Source of the DNA: Bacteroidetes bacterium UBA6161
GTDB taxonomy: Bacteria; Bacteroidota; Bacteroidia; NS11-12g; UBA955
Length of the DNA stretch: 64,000 nucleotides
Assembly (NCBI GenBank): GCA_002422315.1
Contig: DIUJ01000068.1
Span: forward strand, 30,882-94,881
Direction: 5' to 3'
Shown here: positions 10,319 to 20,170 of the stretch, piece by piece
Numbering within the stretch: position 1 is the first letter of the stretch
Layout of the letters: each line of letters begins with the position of its first letter
Notes under the pieces: generated by a model
What the model saw: only the letters and a program-made list of their open reading frames with translations
The model's database searches: none
Told to the model about the DNA's origin: nothing
Program-made: the position numbers and the translations under genes

Positions 10319-13300
10319 TGAAATTCACAGAAGAAAAATTAGAAAAGGCATTTGCTGAGTTACTGGGACAAGAAGGATTTCCGCACTACACAGGCATTAC
10401 AATTTCTCGTAATCCAGATGAAGTATTGATTGAAGAAGATTTACAAAACTTCTTATTGTCGCAATATGCCCATCAAGGTATCACGATCAATGAAACCAAA
10501 TCGATTATTCTTCAACTCAAATCCCTTTCTGCTACTGATTTATACGAAAGCAACAAAACCTTTCTTAACATGCTTTCTGACGGTTTTATTTTGAAAAGAG
10601 AAGACCGCAACCAAAAAGACATTTACATACAATTAATTGATTATACAGGATTAAACAAACACCGTCAACCTGACGAAGAACAATTAATTTCAGTAGTAGC
10701 AGAAGGCAAAGGGGAATACGGAAAAGACAATAACATTTACAAATTTGTTAATCAACTAGAAATTGTTGGAACGGAAAAACGTATTCCTGATGGCATTGTG
10801 TACATCAATGGTTTGCCTTTGGTGGTGTTTGAGTTTAAAAGTGCCATACGTGAAGAAGCTGCCATTTTTGATGCATTCAAACAATTAACGGTTCGTTACC
10901 GCAGAGATATTCCCGAACTGTTTAAATACAACGCTTTTTGTGTGATAAGTGATGGCGTAAACAACAAAGCAGGTTCTTTTTTTGCTCCCTATGAGTTTTT
11001 CTACGCTTGGCGTAGAGTAGCAGGTTTGGCAAAAGATGTGGACGGTATAGACAGTATGTTTACCCTTATTCAAGGTATGTTTGATAAAAACCGTTTACGT
11101 GATATTATCCGAAACTTCATTTACATACCCGACAGCTCAAAGAAAAACGAAAAAATTGTGTGTCGCTATCCACAATATTATGCAGCAAGAGCCTTGTATG
11201 AGAATATAAAACATACACAAAAACCTGAAGGAGACGGTAAAGGAGGAACTTACTTTGGTGCCACAGGTTGCGGAAAAAGTTTTACCATGCTTTACCTCAC
11301 ACGTTTGTTAATGAAAAGCGAATACTTTGAAAGCCCAACCATAGTTTTAATAACAGATAGAACAGACCTTGACGACCAACTTTCGGGGCAATTCACCAAT
11401 GCCAAAAACTTTATTGGAGATAGTACAATCATAAGTGTAGAAAGTAGAGCGCATTTAAGAGAATTGGTACAAGGCAGACAAAGTGGCGGGGTTTTCCTTA
11501 CAACGATTCATAAGTTTACAGAAGATACCGAATTACTTACCGAAAGAACCAACGTAATTTGTATTTCAGATGAGGCACACAGAAGCCAAACCAACCTTGA
11601 CCAAAAAGTAAAAGTCACCGAAAAAGGTGTTACCAAATCTTATGGTTTTGCCAAATATTTACACGATTCTTTACCCAACGCAACCTTTGTTGGTTTCACA
11701 GGAACACCAATAGACGCAACCCTTGATGTATTTGGTAAAGTGGTAGATGCTTATACTATGACAGAGTCCGTAAAAGATGAAATTACTGTTCGGATAGTTT
11801 ATGAAGGTCGTGCAGCAAAAGTGGCGTTAAAAAACAGTGAATTAGAGAAAATCGAAAAATATTACGAAGAAGCAGCAGAATTAGGAGCAAACGATTATCA
11901 AATAGACAAAAGTAAACTCGAAACAGCCAATATGTACACGATTTTGGGTGACCCTGACCGTTTACGTGCCGTAGCAGAAGATTTTGTGAACCATTATGAA
12001 AAGCGAATTTCAGAAGGAGCAACTGTAAAAGGAAAAGCACTATTTGTAAGCAGTAGTCGTGAAATCGCTTATGAATTGTACAAAAATATAATAGCATTGA
12101 GACCTGAATGGGCTGAAATTAGAGAAGCAGAAGAAGGTATTGAATTAACCGATAAAGATAAAAGGGAATTAAAACCGATTGAGCGTGTAAAAATGGTAAT
12201 GACCAGAGGAAAAGACGACCCAAAAGAACTTTGGGATATGTTAGGCACTTCTGACGACCGAAAAGAACTCGACCGCCAATTTAAAAATCCGAAATCGAAT
12301 TTCAAAATAGCCATTGTAGTAGATATGTGGCTCACTGGTTTTGATGTACCTTTCTTAGATAGCATATACATTGATAAACCGATACAACAACACAATTTAA
12401 TTCAAACCATTTCAAGAGTAAACCGAAAATTTGAAGGCAAAAACAAAGGTTTGGTAGTGGATTATATCGGCATCAAAAAACAAATGAATTTGGCACTTGC
12501 CAAATACAACAAAGGTGACGAAGACAACTTTGAAGACATTACACAATCTTTAGTAGTAGTTAAGGACCATTTGGATTTATTAGCCAAATTGATGCACACA
12601 TTTGACAATACAAAGTATTTCAAAGGAAGTACCATAGAACAATTAAACACCTTAAACCTTAGTGCTGAATTTGTGCAAAAAACCAAAGATTCAGAAACCC
12701 GTTTTATGGGCTTAGTAAAGCGACTAAAAGCCGCTTATGATATTTGTGCAGGAAGTGAAAAACTAACCCAAGCAGAAAGAGACTACACACATTTCTATTT
12801 GGCTATTCGTTCCATTATTTTCAAATTAACCAAAGGTAATGCACCCGACACGGCACAAATGAACGCAAGAGTTCGGGAAATGATAAAAGAAGCCTTAGAA
12901 AGTGATGGTGTGGAAGAAATATTCAAACTTGGAGACGAAAACGAAACCGAACAAGATATTTTTGATGAAGATTATTTAGCCAAAATCAACAAAATCAAAT
13001 TACCCAACACAAAAATCAAATTACTTCAACAGCTATTGGCGAAAGTAATTGGAGAAATCAAAAAGGTAAACAAAGTAAAAGGAATTGATTTTTCAAAAAA
13101 GATGCAAGCCTTAGTTGAACGCTACAACCAGCGAGATGAGAATGATATACTCAGAAGCGAAGTATATGAGGAAATGGCAGATGCCTTAACTGAATTAATC
13201 TGGGAGGTTCACAAAGAATTTTCAGCAGGAGACGCATTAGGAATTGACTTTGAAGAAAAGGCCTTTTATGACATTCTAAAAGAACTTTGTATCAAATACG

Positions 13301-13530
13301 ACTTCAATTACCCAGACGACAAAATGATTGAATTGGCAAAAGCCGTGAAAGACTTAGTAGATGGTCAAGCCAAATTCCCTGATTGGAACAAACGTGACGA
13401 CATCAAATCAGCTTTGAAAGTTGGACTCATTCTCTTGCTTGACGAATTTGGCTATCCACCTGTAGAGAGAGACGAAGTATATGTGGAGATTTTTGAACAA
13501 GCAGAAAATTTTAAAAAGAATAGGGGGTAG
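10318..13530 (+). CDS. hsdR: Type I restriction enzyme R subunit (DEAD/DEAH helicase-nuclease)
   Basis: N-terminal 'IPDGIVYINGLPLVVFEFKS' (nuclease/HsdR_N). Motif I 'GATGCGKS', DEAH 'ISDEAHRSQ' and motif VI 'QTISRVNR'. 1070 aa. Confidence 0.9.
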   Translation: MKFTEEKLEKAFAELLGQEGFPHYTGITISRNPDEVLIEEDLQNFLLSQYAHQGITINETKSIILQLKSLSATDLYESNKTFLNMLSDGFILKREDRNQKDIYIQLIDYTGLNKHRQPDEEQLISVVAEGKGEYGKDNNIYKFVNQLEIVGTEKRIPDGIVYINGLPLVVFEFKSAIREEAAIFDAFKQLTVRYRRDIPELFKYNAFCVISDGVNNKAGSFFAPYEFFYAWRRVAGLAKDVDGIDSMFTLIQGMFDKNRLRDIIRNFIYIPDSSKKNEKIVCRYPQYYAARALYENIKHTQKPEGDGKGGTYFGATGCGKSFTMLYLTRLLMKSEYFESPTIVLITDRTDLDDQLSGQFTNAKNFIGDSTIISVESRAHLRELVQGRQSGGVFLTTIHKFTEDTELLTERTNVICISDEAHRSQTNLDQKVKVTEKGVTKSYGFAKYLHDSLPNATFVGFTGTPIDATLDVFGKVVDAYTMTESVKDEITVRIVYEGRAAKVALKNSELEKIEKYYEEAAELGANDYQIDKSKLETANMYTILGDPDRLRAVAEDFVNHYEKRISEGATVKGKALFVSSSREIAYELYKNIIALRPEWAEIREAEEGIELTDKDKRELKPIERVKMVMTRGKDDPKELWDMLGTSDDRKELDRQFKNPKSNFKIAIVVDMWLTGFDVPFLDSIYIDKPIQQHNLIQTISRVNRKFEGKNKGLVVDYIGIKKQMNLALAKYNKGDEDNFEDITQSLVVVKDHLDLLAKLMHTFDNTKYFKGSTIEQLNTLNLSAEFVQKTKDSETRFMGLVKRLKAAYDICAGSEKLTQAERDYTHFYLAIRSIIFKLTKGNAPDTAQMNARVREMIKEALESDGVEEIFKLGDENETEQDIFDEDYLAKINKIKLPNTKIKLLQQLLAKVIGEIKKVNKVKGIDFSKKMQALVERYNQRDENDILRSEVYEEMADALTELIWEVHKEFSAGDALGIDFEEKAFYDILKELCIKYDFNYPDDKMIELAKAVKDLVDGQAKFPDWNKRDDIKSALKVGLILLLDEFGYPPVERDEVYVEIFEQAENFKKNRG

Positions 13531-13531
13531 T

Positions 13532-13897
13532 ATGGAAGAAATAGAAAAGAGTGAAAGCAATAAGTTAATCATTATAGGAAATGGTTTTGACTTGTCGTTA
13601 AGAATTAAAACAAGTTATAAAGACTTTTTACTTTGGTTGTTGCAGAAGTATATAAAGAAGACTTATGAAAAGAAGCATGCAACTCATCCAAAATATAAGA
13701 TAATTAATCAATTGTCTAAAGAAGAAGAAAGATTAAAAGTGAACCTCCTTTCAGAAAACGGAGCTAAAACAGTATTAGTGCAGATGGGAAACCACAATGA
13801 AATGACAACACTGCCTCAATCAATATTAGGTAAGACAGATGTTCCATTTTATGGGAATAGTCAAATGTTGTTACAGAAATCGGTGTTGGGAGAGTAA
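13532..13897 (+). CDS. AbiH-like abortive-infection protein, N-terminal fragment (possibly truncated)
   Basis: Starts 'MEEIEKSESNKLIIIGNGFDLSLRIKTSYKDFL', matching the conserved N-terminus of the AbiH family (LIIGNGFDLxHGLxTxYxDF). Only ~122 aa against ~300+ for full AbiH. The track ORF start (13481) overlaps hsdR, so the ATG at 13532 is preferred. Confidence 0.4.
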   Translation: MEEIEKSESNKLIIIGNGFDLSLRIKTSYKDFLLWLLQKYIKKTYEKKHATHPKYKIINQLSKEEERLKVNLLSENGAKTVLVQMGNHNEMTTLPQSILGKTDVPFYGNSQMLLQKSVLGE

Positions 13898-13908
13898 AAA
13901 TTTGAAGT

Positions 13909-16344
13909 ATGGCAAAGAAAAAACATTTAAAATTATTAAGTGATAAACAACTTGAAGAAGTTGCCAAAATAGAGTTTAAATATGGGTTTGGTGGTAATGA
14001 AGACGATGAAGAAGAAAATACACAACCTAATTATTATAGACAAGCATCCAATCTTCGTGTAAGTATCGAAAACTTTTCAATTGAACAAGAGCAAAAATAT
14101 GCTCGGAAGGATAGAAGTCTTGAAATACCTGCGGATGTTGATTATATTCAAATTAACTTTGTGTCACAATTCGTAATTAGTAAATACTTTAATGAATATT
14201 ACAAGAAATTTGGACTTGAAGCAATAAATTTTTCCAATTTCGGGAAAACGGGTCTATTTGCAATTATCGAAAGAGATTTATTTCAGACATATCTTAATGA
14301 AATAAATAACTTTATTCAATTTGGGCTCAACCTTAATCCAGAGAGCAAATACGATAATTATGTTACTTATGTCAATGGTTTCAAGCTGTTAACAGCTAAA
14401 GACATTATACGCTTTAAAGTAGATGAAATCGGCAAAGTAGTTTGTCTCTCATTAGTTGAATTGCCCTTAGACTTAAAGTTACAATCACTCTTAATTGATT
14501 CATTAATTGCTTTTCTTGAAAGTAAAAATATATCATATTATTTTGACAAAACTGTAAACAGGATTGAACTATTAGATATACCCTTTGAGCAAGTACAGTT
14601 GATTGCGGAGAATTTCGACATCATCCAAAATGCCACCTGCTCTTTATCAACCATAGTAAGGCCATCTGAATTCAACTTTGTTAAAAGAGAATACGGTTTC
14701 AATATTTCAAATGCAGATGAAAATTTGCCAGTGATCGGAATTATTGATACAGGTATTAGTATGGATACACCCCTTAAATCCATTACAATTCAAGATGCCT
14801 CATTTAGTTTGGAAGGCAATCCTTTAATAGATGTTTCAGGCTATAAAAGAGAAGGTCACGGCACAGCAGTAGCGGCATTGGCTGCTTTAGGAAGGCTTAA
14901 TCATTTAAATAAGTTTCAAGGTGAAATAAGAGCAGATGCAAAACTTCTATCAATAAAATTGTTCGAAAGTGGCAATGGCTATTTATCCGAAACCCAAGTG
15001 GTAAAAATGCTGTATGATGCGAAAAGTAAGTACCCTCATATAAAGTTGTTCGTCTTAACTACTTGTTATGATAAGTTCAAAGCTAAAAACGAACCCTTTA
15101 GTTCTTACACTTATGAGTTAGACAAATTTGCTCATTCAACAGATAGTTTAATATTTATTTGCACTGCAAACAATAGAAATGCTATAAATGAGAATACTGA
15201 TTATGACTTGGCTTATTTCAATTCAGTACACACCAATCTTTCAACGCCAGCGGATAGTCTTAATAACGTTACTGTTGGTGCAGCCGCAGAGAATTTAAAC
15301 GGTGATACTTTTTATGGTATATCAAGTGGCAGAGAATACCCAACCCTATACTCACGAAAAGGGCATATAGACTTGGCAGCTGTTTTTCCTCGCAATAAGT
15401 CCAATAAAAATTATTTCAAACCAGATGTAATTGATTGCGGTGGCGATTTAGGTTTTTACAATCCTTCAGCTATTGATTACATTGATAATTCTGCGATGGC
15501 TGTTTTATCAGCACGCCCGGAATTGGGCTACATTTTAGAAACTGGCACAAGCTTGTCAGCTCCTTTAACCGCAAATTTAGCTGCAAAAATTTTAAAAGAA
15601 TATCCTCATATAAATGCTCAAACAGTTAAAGCACTTATTATAAATGGTGCATCTTTAAATAATATTCAATTTCCAAAACAGGTTAGTCATTTACTTAATG
15701 TTACAGCCGGTAACGGTTTTGTTGATGTTGAAGAAAGTTTGTTTTCCAATGAAAATAGAGCCACATTGATTTTGGAAGATGAGATTTCCAATACTGATCT
15801 AAAGATTTACCCAATAAACTTCCCTAAGTATTTAGTTGAACATGATTTAGGTCGTAAGAAAGGATTGGTAAAAATTACTGCAACATTGTGTTTTAGTTTC
15901 GAACCAATATTAAATAACCAACTATCATACAATCCTATTCATATGGCATTTAGTTTTTTCAAGAACCATAGTGCTGATGAAATTAATGCGAAAAATGATG
16001 ATTTTAATTCGAAACTAAGGTCTTCACTATCTTGGTCACAAAACGGTAGAAACGTTTCCAAACCAATTCCGTTTTCTAATTCTCAGAAAATCAATTTTAC
16101 TATTGATTTGAACCATTTAGTTACAGAAAATCAAGTGTTGAAATTAGCCGTTCATTGCAAGGTTTCAACTCAAATTGTTGGTGGTTTACCAGCAGGTTAT
16201 CCAAAGCAATTTCCATTTTCAATGGCTATAACTATAGAAGAAAATACTAAAAAGAAATCAGGCAAACTTTATGATGAACTGCGTGCAATAAACAACTTAG
16301 AAGTAATTAGTGATATTGAACTGGACAGTTCTATTGATGTATAA
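13909..16344 (+). CDS. subtilisin-like (S8) serine peptidase domain protein with unknown N- and C-terminal domains
   Basis: Catalytic triad in subtilase order: D 'IGIIDTGIS', H 'HGTAVAALAAL', S 'GTSLSAPLTA'. 811 aa. No signal peptide is apparent, so it is probably cytoplasmic. Confidence 0.7.
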   Translation: MAKKKHLKLLSDKQLEEVAKIEFKYGFGGNEDDEEENTQPNYYRQASNLRVSIENFSIEQEQKYARKDRSLEIPADVDYIQINFVSQFVISKYFNEYYKKFGLEAINFSNFGKTGLFAIIERDLFQTYLNEINNFIQFGLNLNPESKYDNYVTYVNGFKLLTAKDIIRFKVDEIGKVVCLSLVELPLDLKLQSLLIDSLIAFLESKNISYYFDKTVNRIELLDIPFEQVQLIAENFDIIQNATCSLSTIVRPSEFNFVKREYGFNISNADENLPVIGIIDTGISMDTPLKSITIQDASFSLEGNPLIDVSGYKREGHGTAVAALAALGRLNHLNKFQGEIRADAKLLSIKLFESGNGYLSETQVVKMLYDAKSKYPHIKLFVLTTCYDKFKAKNEPFSSYTYELDKFAHSTDSLIFICTANNRNAINENTDYDLAYFNSVHTNLSTPADSLNNVTVGAAAENLNGDTFYGISSGREYPTLYSRKGHIDLAAVFPRNKSNKNYFKPDVIDCGGDLGFYNPSAIDYIDNSAMAVLSARPELGYILETGTSLSAPLTANLAAKILKEYPHINAQTVKALIINGASLNNIQFPKQVSHLLNVTAGNGFVDVEESLFSNENRATLILEDEISNTDLKIYPINFPKYLVEHDLGRKKGLVKITATLCFSFEPILNNQLSYNPIHMAFSFFKNHSADEINAKNDDFNSKLRSSLSWSQNGRNVSKPIPFSNSQKINFTIDLNHLVTENQVLKLAVHCKVSTQIVGGLPAGYPKQFPFSMAITIEENTKKKSGKLYDELRAINNLEVISDIELDSSIDV

Positions 16345-16347
16345 ATC

Positions 16348-17373
16348 TTACTTATTGAGTGCTTGTTTTTCAGCTTCAACAAGTTCCTTCCATATTTGAG
16401 TATCAATTTTGCCACTCAATTTTTTTTCAGGTTCTTTTGCTGCAAATAAGCTTCTTTTAATGGCAGTAATCAATGTTTTTTGAATGCTGTAGTAGGAAAG
16501 ACCCAGGCATTCTTTTATTATTTTGTTCGCAATAATTTTTTTGTCAAATGAGAATACACCATTCTTCAGGGTTAATGCAATTAACTCTTGTATCTCCTTT
16601 TCATTCGGCAATTTAAATTCAATGATATTATCAAATCTTCTAATCAAGGCTTCATCAAGCATATCTTTTTGATTTGTAGCAGCTATAACGATACTACTTT
16701 GCGGTAGGTAATCAAAAAGTTGAAGAATTGTGTTTACAACTCGTTTCATCTCTCCGTGATCTTGGCTATAATCTCTTATTTTTCCAAGACTATCAAATTC
16801 ATCTAAAAATATGATACAATCTTCTATCGCAGCTTTCTTGAAGATTTTAGATAGGTTTTTGCTTGTTTCACCTAATTTCGAAGAAACAATAGCCCCGAGA
16901 TTAATAACAACCATCATTTTCTTTAACTCTCCTGCAATAACATAAGAAGCCAGTGTTTTTCCGCAACCGGAAGGTCCGTACATTAAAACTTTATTGGCTA
17001 CAGGCAACTCAAACCTTCTAAGGATTTCAATCTTTTGGTGTTCTTCAATGAAAAATTTTAGCTCGTTTTTTACACTTCCCTCTGCAATAATATTTTCAAG
17101 TGTATAGTCCGATGTTACTTTCTCAAGAATTAATTCAGCAATTTCTCTGTCATCCAACTTCTGGTAATAATTGTCAGAGCCAACTTTGGTAAGCGTGTTT
17201 GTGCCTTGCTGTTTTATTGCATCTTTCAGTATAGATTGGAGCTGAATTGCAAAATTTAGTTTTTTAGTTTTCTTTGAATGTTCAATAAGTTCATTGAGTA
17301 CAGACAATAGCCTTTCCTGGTCATTTTCAAGACCGAATTTGGCTATATCTTTTATGTATTCAAACTGACTCAT
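16348..17373 (-). CDS. classical AAA ATPase (SRH-containing, FtsH/CDC48-clade-like)
   Basis: Walker A 'YGPSGCGKT', Walker B 'IIFLDEFDSL', and SRH with Arg fingers 'IAATNQKDMLDEALIRRFD'. Convergent with the S8 gene and 3 bp from it. Confidence 0.75.
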   Translation of the reverse strand: MSQFEYIKDIAKFGLENDQERLLSVLNELIEHSKKTKKLNFAIQLQSILKDAIKQQGTNTLTKVGSDNYYQKLDDREIAELILEKVTSDYTLENIIAEGSVKNELKFFIEEHQKIEILRRFELPVANKVLMYGPSGCGKTLASYVIAGELKKMMVVINLGAIVSSKLGETSKNLSKIFKKAAIEDCIIFLDEFDSLGKIRDYSQDHGEMKRVVNTILQLFDYLPQSSIVIAATNQKDMLDEALIRRFDNIIEFKLPNEKEIQELIALTLKNGVFSFDKKIIANKIIKECLGLSYYSIQKTLITAIKRSLFAAKEPEKKLSGKIDTQIWKELVEAEKQALNK

Positions 17374-17647
17374 TGTTTAAAAACTATGGCACAAAGATAA
17401 TTGATTTAAATCGAAAATCAGAATCAATAAGGCCTTTTTTGAAAACCTGTGCTTTATGTCTATTTATGTGAATATTGTCAATTATAGAGCGACTAATGGT
17501 GTATTAATGTGCCTCTATTTTTACGAATAAACTCATTGGAAAATCTGTTGTTTGAAGATATTATACTAAAAAAAACATATCTCTATAAGAAAAAGAATTG
17601 GCTAAAAACATTACTTTTTTGAGGCATATACAGCAAGTTCGTTAGTT

Positions 17648-20068
17648 TTACCTCATCAAATGCACAGATATATTTTCTGTAACAGATCTAAAAGGTGCAG
17701 CACCAGTTTCAATTGAATTGAAAGTTACACGTACAATATATACCCCAGATTGGACTTGTTGTCCTTTGTATGACCCGTCCCATGCTGCTTGCGGGTCTTG
17801 GCTATCGAAGAGGAGTTCTCCCCAACGGTTATAGACGGTCATTCTTGATACTATCCAGCCTTCTGCAACTGGTCTGTAGGTGTCGTTTTTTCCGTCTCCA
17901 TTGGGAGAAAATGAATTGGGCATGTATATACCGTATTGTTTGAAATAGGGCATGCACTCACTTATTTCTTCACATTCTCCCCGGGTAACTCTCACAGCAA
18001 AAAGCCCATTGTATGGTGGATGGAAATCTTGCGAATCTGCTCCTTCAACAGTTGTGAAATTGTTGTTACAATCATACCACTGATAATTTGCTCCCGAAGG
18101 CAATGCCCTCAAAATGGGTAAACGCTCTTCAATTCTTGCAACAATGGGAGGATAAAACGAAATTTCTACAGTAGATAAACTATCACAACCTTCAGTTGTA
18201 CTTAGTGTATCAGTATATCTACCCTCACTATTTAAGATTCTACCATTAAAATTGTAGGTCTCGCCCTCACAAAGAAAAACGGGTAGAATAAACTCAGGTG
18301 CAGGGGTGACAGTGATGTTGGTAGTAACAATACTATCACAACCCTCAGTAGTTTTAATTGTGTCCACATAAGTGCCGCTTTCCCAGTATTCGTTGTTTGC
18401 AATGCTATAGCTTTGACCTGCGCAAATAGTTACATCAATCAATGTGTCTGGAGGAGGCAATACAATAAGGTGGGTATAGACAATGCTATCGCAACCCTGA
18501 TAGGAAGTAAACGTATCGAGAAAATCGCCACTAACTGAGTGTTCTTTATTGCCCACCCAAAAGCTAGAACCTGAGCAAATAATTAGGGTATCGTTGCTCA
18601 CAAAAGTGTCTGTGCAATTGGCGAATTTGCATATAAATCCATTTTGATAGCCTTTAGCAATAAGGGTTTTGGAGGAATCTCCGGGGTCAAATTCAACTGT
18701 GTCTGCAAAAACACCTGCCACATAGAGTGCTCCATAAGAACCCTTATACACGGCATTGCCTCTATCATTCATTTTTCCTCCCATACTTTTTGCCCATACA
18801 AACTCTCCAAGACTATCATACTGGGCAACAAAAATATCTGTAGCTCCGTTAGAAGTTAAAAAGTAATTATTTGAGTTTGGGTCAAAATCAACTGTGTTAG
18901 AAAAATATCCGACTAGTAATATGTTATTTTGATTGTCAATAGTTAGACTAGATAATGTAGCAAACATTAGATTAGATTCAGACGCAAAATGTTTTACCCA
19001 ATTTAGTTGTCCATTCGAATCGTATTTAGCTAAAAATAAATCAAAAGCATTTGGTTTATTTGATGTTAAGCGATAGTTGCTTATTCCTGTGTCTAGATTT
19101 ATTGTTCCAGTAAACCTACCCCAAGCAATTACTTCTCCGCTATTATTAGTTCCTGATATAATAAAAGGATTACTATTTGAATTAGTTATTTGTTTAACCC
19201 ATTTAAAATCACCCCATATATCTAATTTTAGTATAAACTGATTGGAATTATTTATAGGTGAGGAGGTTAGTATCTCCCCCTCAAAATCAACTATACCTCT
19301 AAAATGTCCTGAAATAATTACATTATCAAATGAATCTATGCTTAGACTTGATGACCACTCATCACCAGTTCCCCCATATTTTTTTGCCCATTTGAATTCT
19401 CCTTCTGAGTTTAACTTTAAAATAAAAATATCATTATTACTTCCTGCCGAAGTTAATCTGAATTCGATTAATGTATCTGGATTAAAGTCAATAGACCTTT
19501 TAAACCATCCAGAAATGTAGATATTAGAATGTTTGTCAATTTTCAATAATGGCCATAAGATTGTAGAGTTATTTTCGATTGCGTTTGTTTTCTTTACCCA
19601 AATAAAACCCCCATTTTGATTAATTTTCAAAACAAAAAGTTCTCTTGAATTTGTTTTTGTAGATAAAACATTTGAACCGCCACTAGGATTAAAATCTATA
19701 TTCCCAATAAACTCTCCCGCAATAACAAGGTGTCCAACAGTATCAATTGCAATGGAAACAGCTTTGGAGCTTGTGTTTGAACCAACTACACCAACCTTTT
19801 TTGCCCAAACAAAATTTCCATTCTTATCTAATTTAGAAATAAATCCTAAACTAGTGCTTACTGTATTTAATAAAAAGGAGTTTTCTCCTGGGTCAAAATC
19901 GACTATACCATTAAAAGCGCCCACACTATATACATTCCCAGAGTCATCTATCACCATACTATAGATTTGCGCATTATCCCCCTCAAACCCCTTTACCCAT
20001 TGCATATTTTGAGCATTAGTAATTGTTGCAAAGAGTATGAATAGATACAGAGAAAGTGCTTTTTTCAT
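17648..20068 (-). CDS. secreted beta-propeller-repeat protein with T9SS type-B (gliding-motility/CHU_C) C-terminal domain
   Basis: Signal peptide 'MKKALSLYLFILFATITNA'. Repeated 'G..F..W.K' beta-propeller units and Cys-rich repeats. C-terminal 'MPNSFSPNGDGKNDTY...IVRV'. Confidence 0.7.
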   Translation of the reverse strand: MKKALSLYLFILFATITNAQNMQWVKGFEGDNAQIYSMVIDDSGNVYSVGAFNGIVDFDPGENSFLLNTVSTSLGFISKLDKNGNFVWAKKVGVVGSNTSSKAVSIAIDTVGHLVIAGEFIGNIDFNPSGGSNVLSTKTNSRELFVLKINQNGGFIWVKKTNAIENNSTILWPLLKIDKHSNIYISGWFKRSIDFNPDTLIEFRLTSAGSNNDIFILKLNSEGEFKWAKKYGGTGDEWSSSLSIDSFDNVIISGHFRGIVDFEGEILTSSPINNSNQFILKLDIWGDFKWVKQITNSNSNPFIISGTNNSGEVIAWGRFTGTINLDTGISNYRLTSNKPNAFDLFLAKYDSNGQLNWVKHFASESNLMFATLSSLTIDNQNNILLVGYFSNTVDFDPNSNNYFLTSNGATDIFVAQYDSLGEFVWAKSMGGKMNDRGNAVYKGSYGALYVAGVFADTVEFDPGDSSKTLIAKGYQNGFICKFANCTDTFVSNDTLIICSGSSFWVGNKEHSVSGDFLDTFTSYQGCDSIVYTHLIVLPPPDTLIDVTICAGQSYSIANNEYWESGTYVDTIKTTEGCDSIVTTNITVTPAPEFILPVFLCEGETYNFNGRILNSEGRYTDTLSTTEGCDSLSTVEISFYPPIVARIEERLPILRALPSGANYQWYDCNNNFTTVEGADSQDFHPPYNGLFAVRVTRGECEEISECMPYFKQYGIYMPNSFSPNGDGKNDTYRPVAEGWIVSRMTVYNRWGELLFDSQDPQAAWDGSYKGQQVQSGVYIVRVTFNSIETGAAPFRSVTENISVHLMR

Positions 20069-20170
20069 AGTTAGCTTGTTTCAAAAGTAGTGAATATAAT
20101 TTAAAAAATAAACCATCTCCTATTCTTTCATTGAATAAGAGATGGTAAAAAATAGCATATAGTTGCCTTT

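Noticed and set aside
13481-13531. Upstream extension of the AbiH-like ORF (start at 13481)
   Set aside because: It would overlap the last 50 nt of hsdR in another frame. The ATG at 13532, immediately after the hsdR stop, gives the conserved AbiH-type N-terminus.
13532-16344. AbiH fragment and S8 protein as one frameshifted fusion gene
   Set aside because: The 811-aa ORF has its own Lys-rich N-terminus and ATG 11 nt after the fragment's stop. The frames differ and no homopolymer slip site is obvious. This stays possible but is unsupported without reads or orthologs.
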